Positions 63,994 through 64,000 of a stretch of 64,000 bases of DNA are shown piece by piece. Position 1 is the first letter of the stretch, and the number at the start of each line of letters is the position of its first letter. Source of the DNA: Chiloscyllium plagiosum (lineage: Eukaryota); NCBI RefSeq assembly GCF_004010195.1, contig NC_057757.1:7956458-8020457 (forward strand), written 5' to 3'. Under the pieces are notes generated by a model. It had not been told where the DNA came from and made no database searches. It saw only the letters and a list, made by a program, of their open reading frames with translations. The position numbers and the translations under genes are program-made.

Positions 63994-64000
63994 CATAATC
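63994..64000 (-). CDS. Micro-exon type B, partial (3' end ...GATTATG; phase 1 ...DY)
   Basis: Ends GATTATG|gtaaatatat like other B exons; truncated by the window edge. Confidence 0.6.

Larger units (their letters stand above)
42255..64000 (-). repeat. Tandem segmental array (~1.1-kb A+B unit, some units enlarged by insertions) carrying micro-exons; continues past the window end
   Basis: The same blocks recur, e.g. aatgtgtgactgt(t/a)ccaa...ttacctcagctctggtca at ~42480, 43585, 51030, 52165, 56340, 57090, 59020 (diverged copy ~60220). Exon spacing is ~530-640 bp where no insertion intervenes. Confidence 0.95.

Overview
Repeat-rich vertebrate genomic DNA, most likely from a cartilaginous fish (inferred from HE1-type SINEs and HER1/CR1-type LINEs), with four assembly gaps. 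One conventional gene is clear: an LPAR6/LPAR5-like (P2Y-group) GPCR with a single coding exon on the minus strand (8901-9890). The main unexplained structure runs from ~42.3 kb to the window end: a tandemly duplicated ~1.1-kb unit holding alternating 27-nt and 24-nt minus-strand micro-exons (14 complete plus 1 partial). All complete ones keep branch point, AG and GT sites and have lengths divisible by 3. They are invisible to the ORF track. Spliced in phase 1 they read as a Gly/Tyr/His-rich repeat protein (GKGGYGDY-GPYxHGHHH)n; phase 0 is also open. Other content: a 36-bp and a 57-bp minisatellite (34.5-41.2 kb), nested retroelement insertions, Penelope-like elements with minimal hammerhead-ribozyme motifs, old RTE fragments, and a speculative three-exon 55-aa membrane micropeptide ORF on the plus strand. 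Almost all other listed ORFs are LINE/SINE fragments or repeat read-throughs. Repeat boundaries were set by eye and are approximate unless a target-site duplication (TSD) is quoted.
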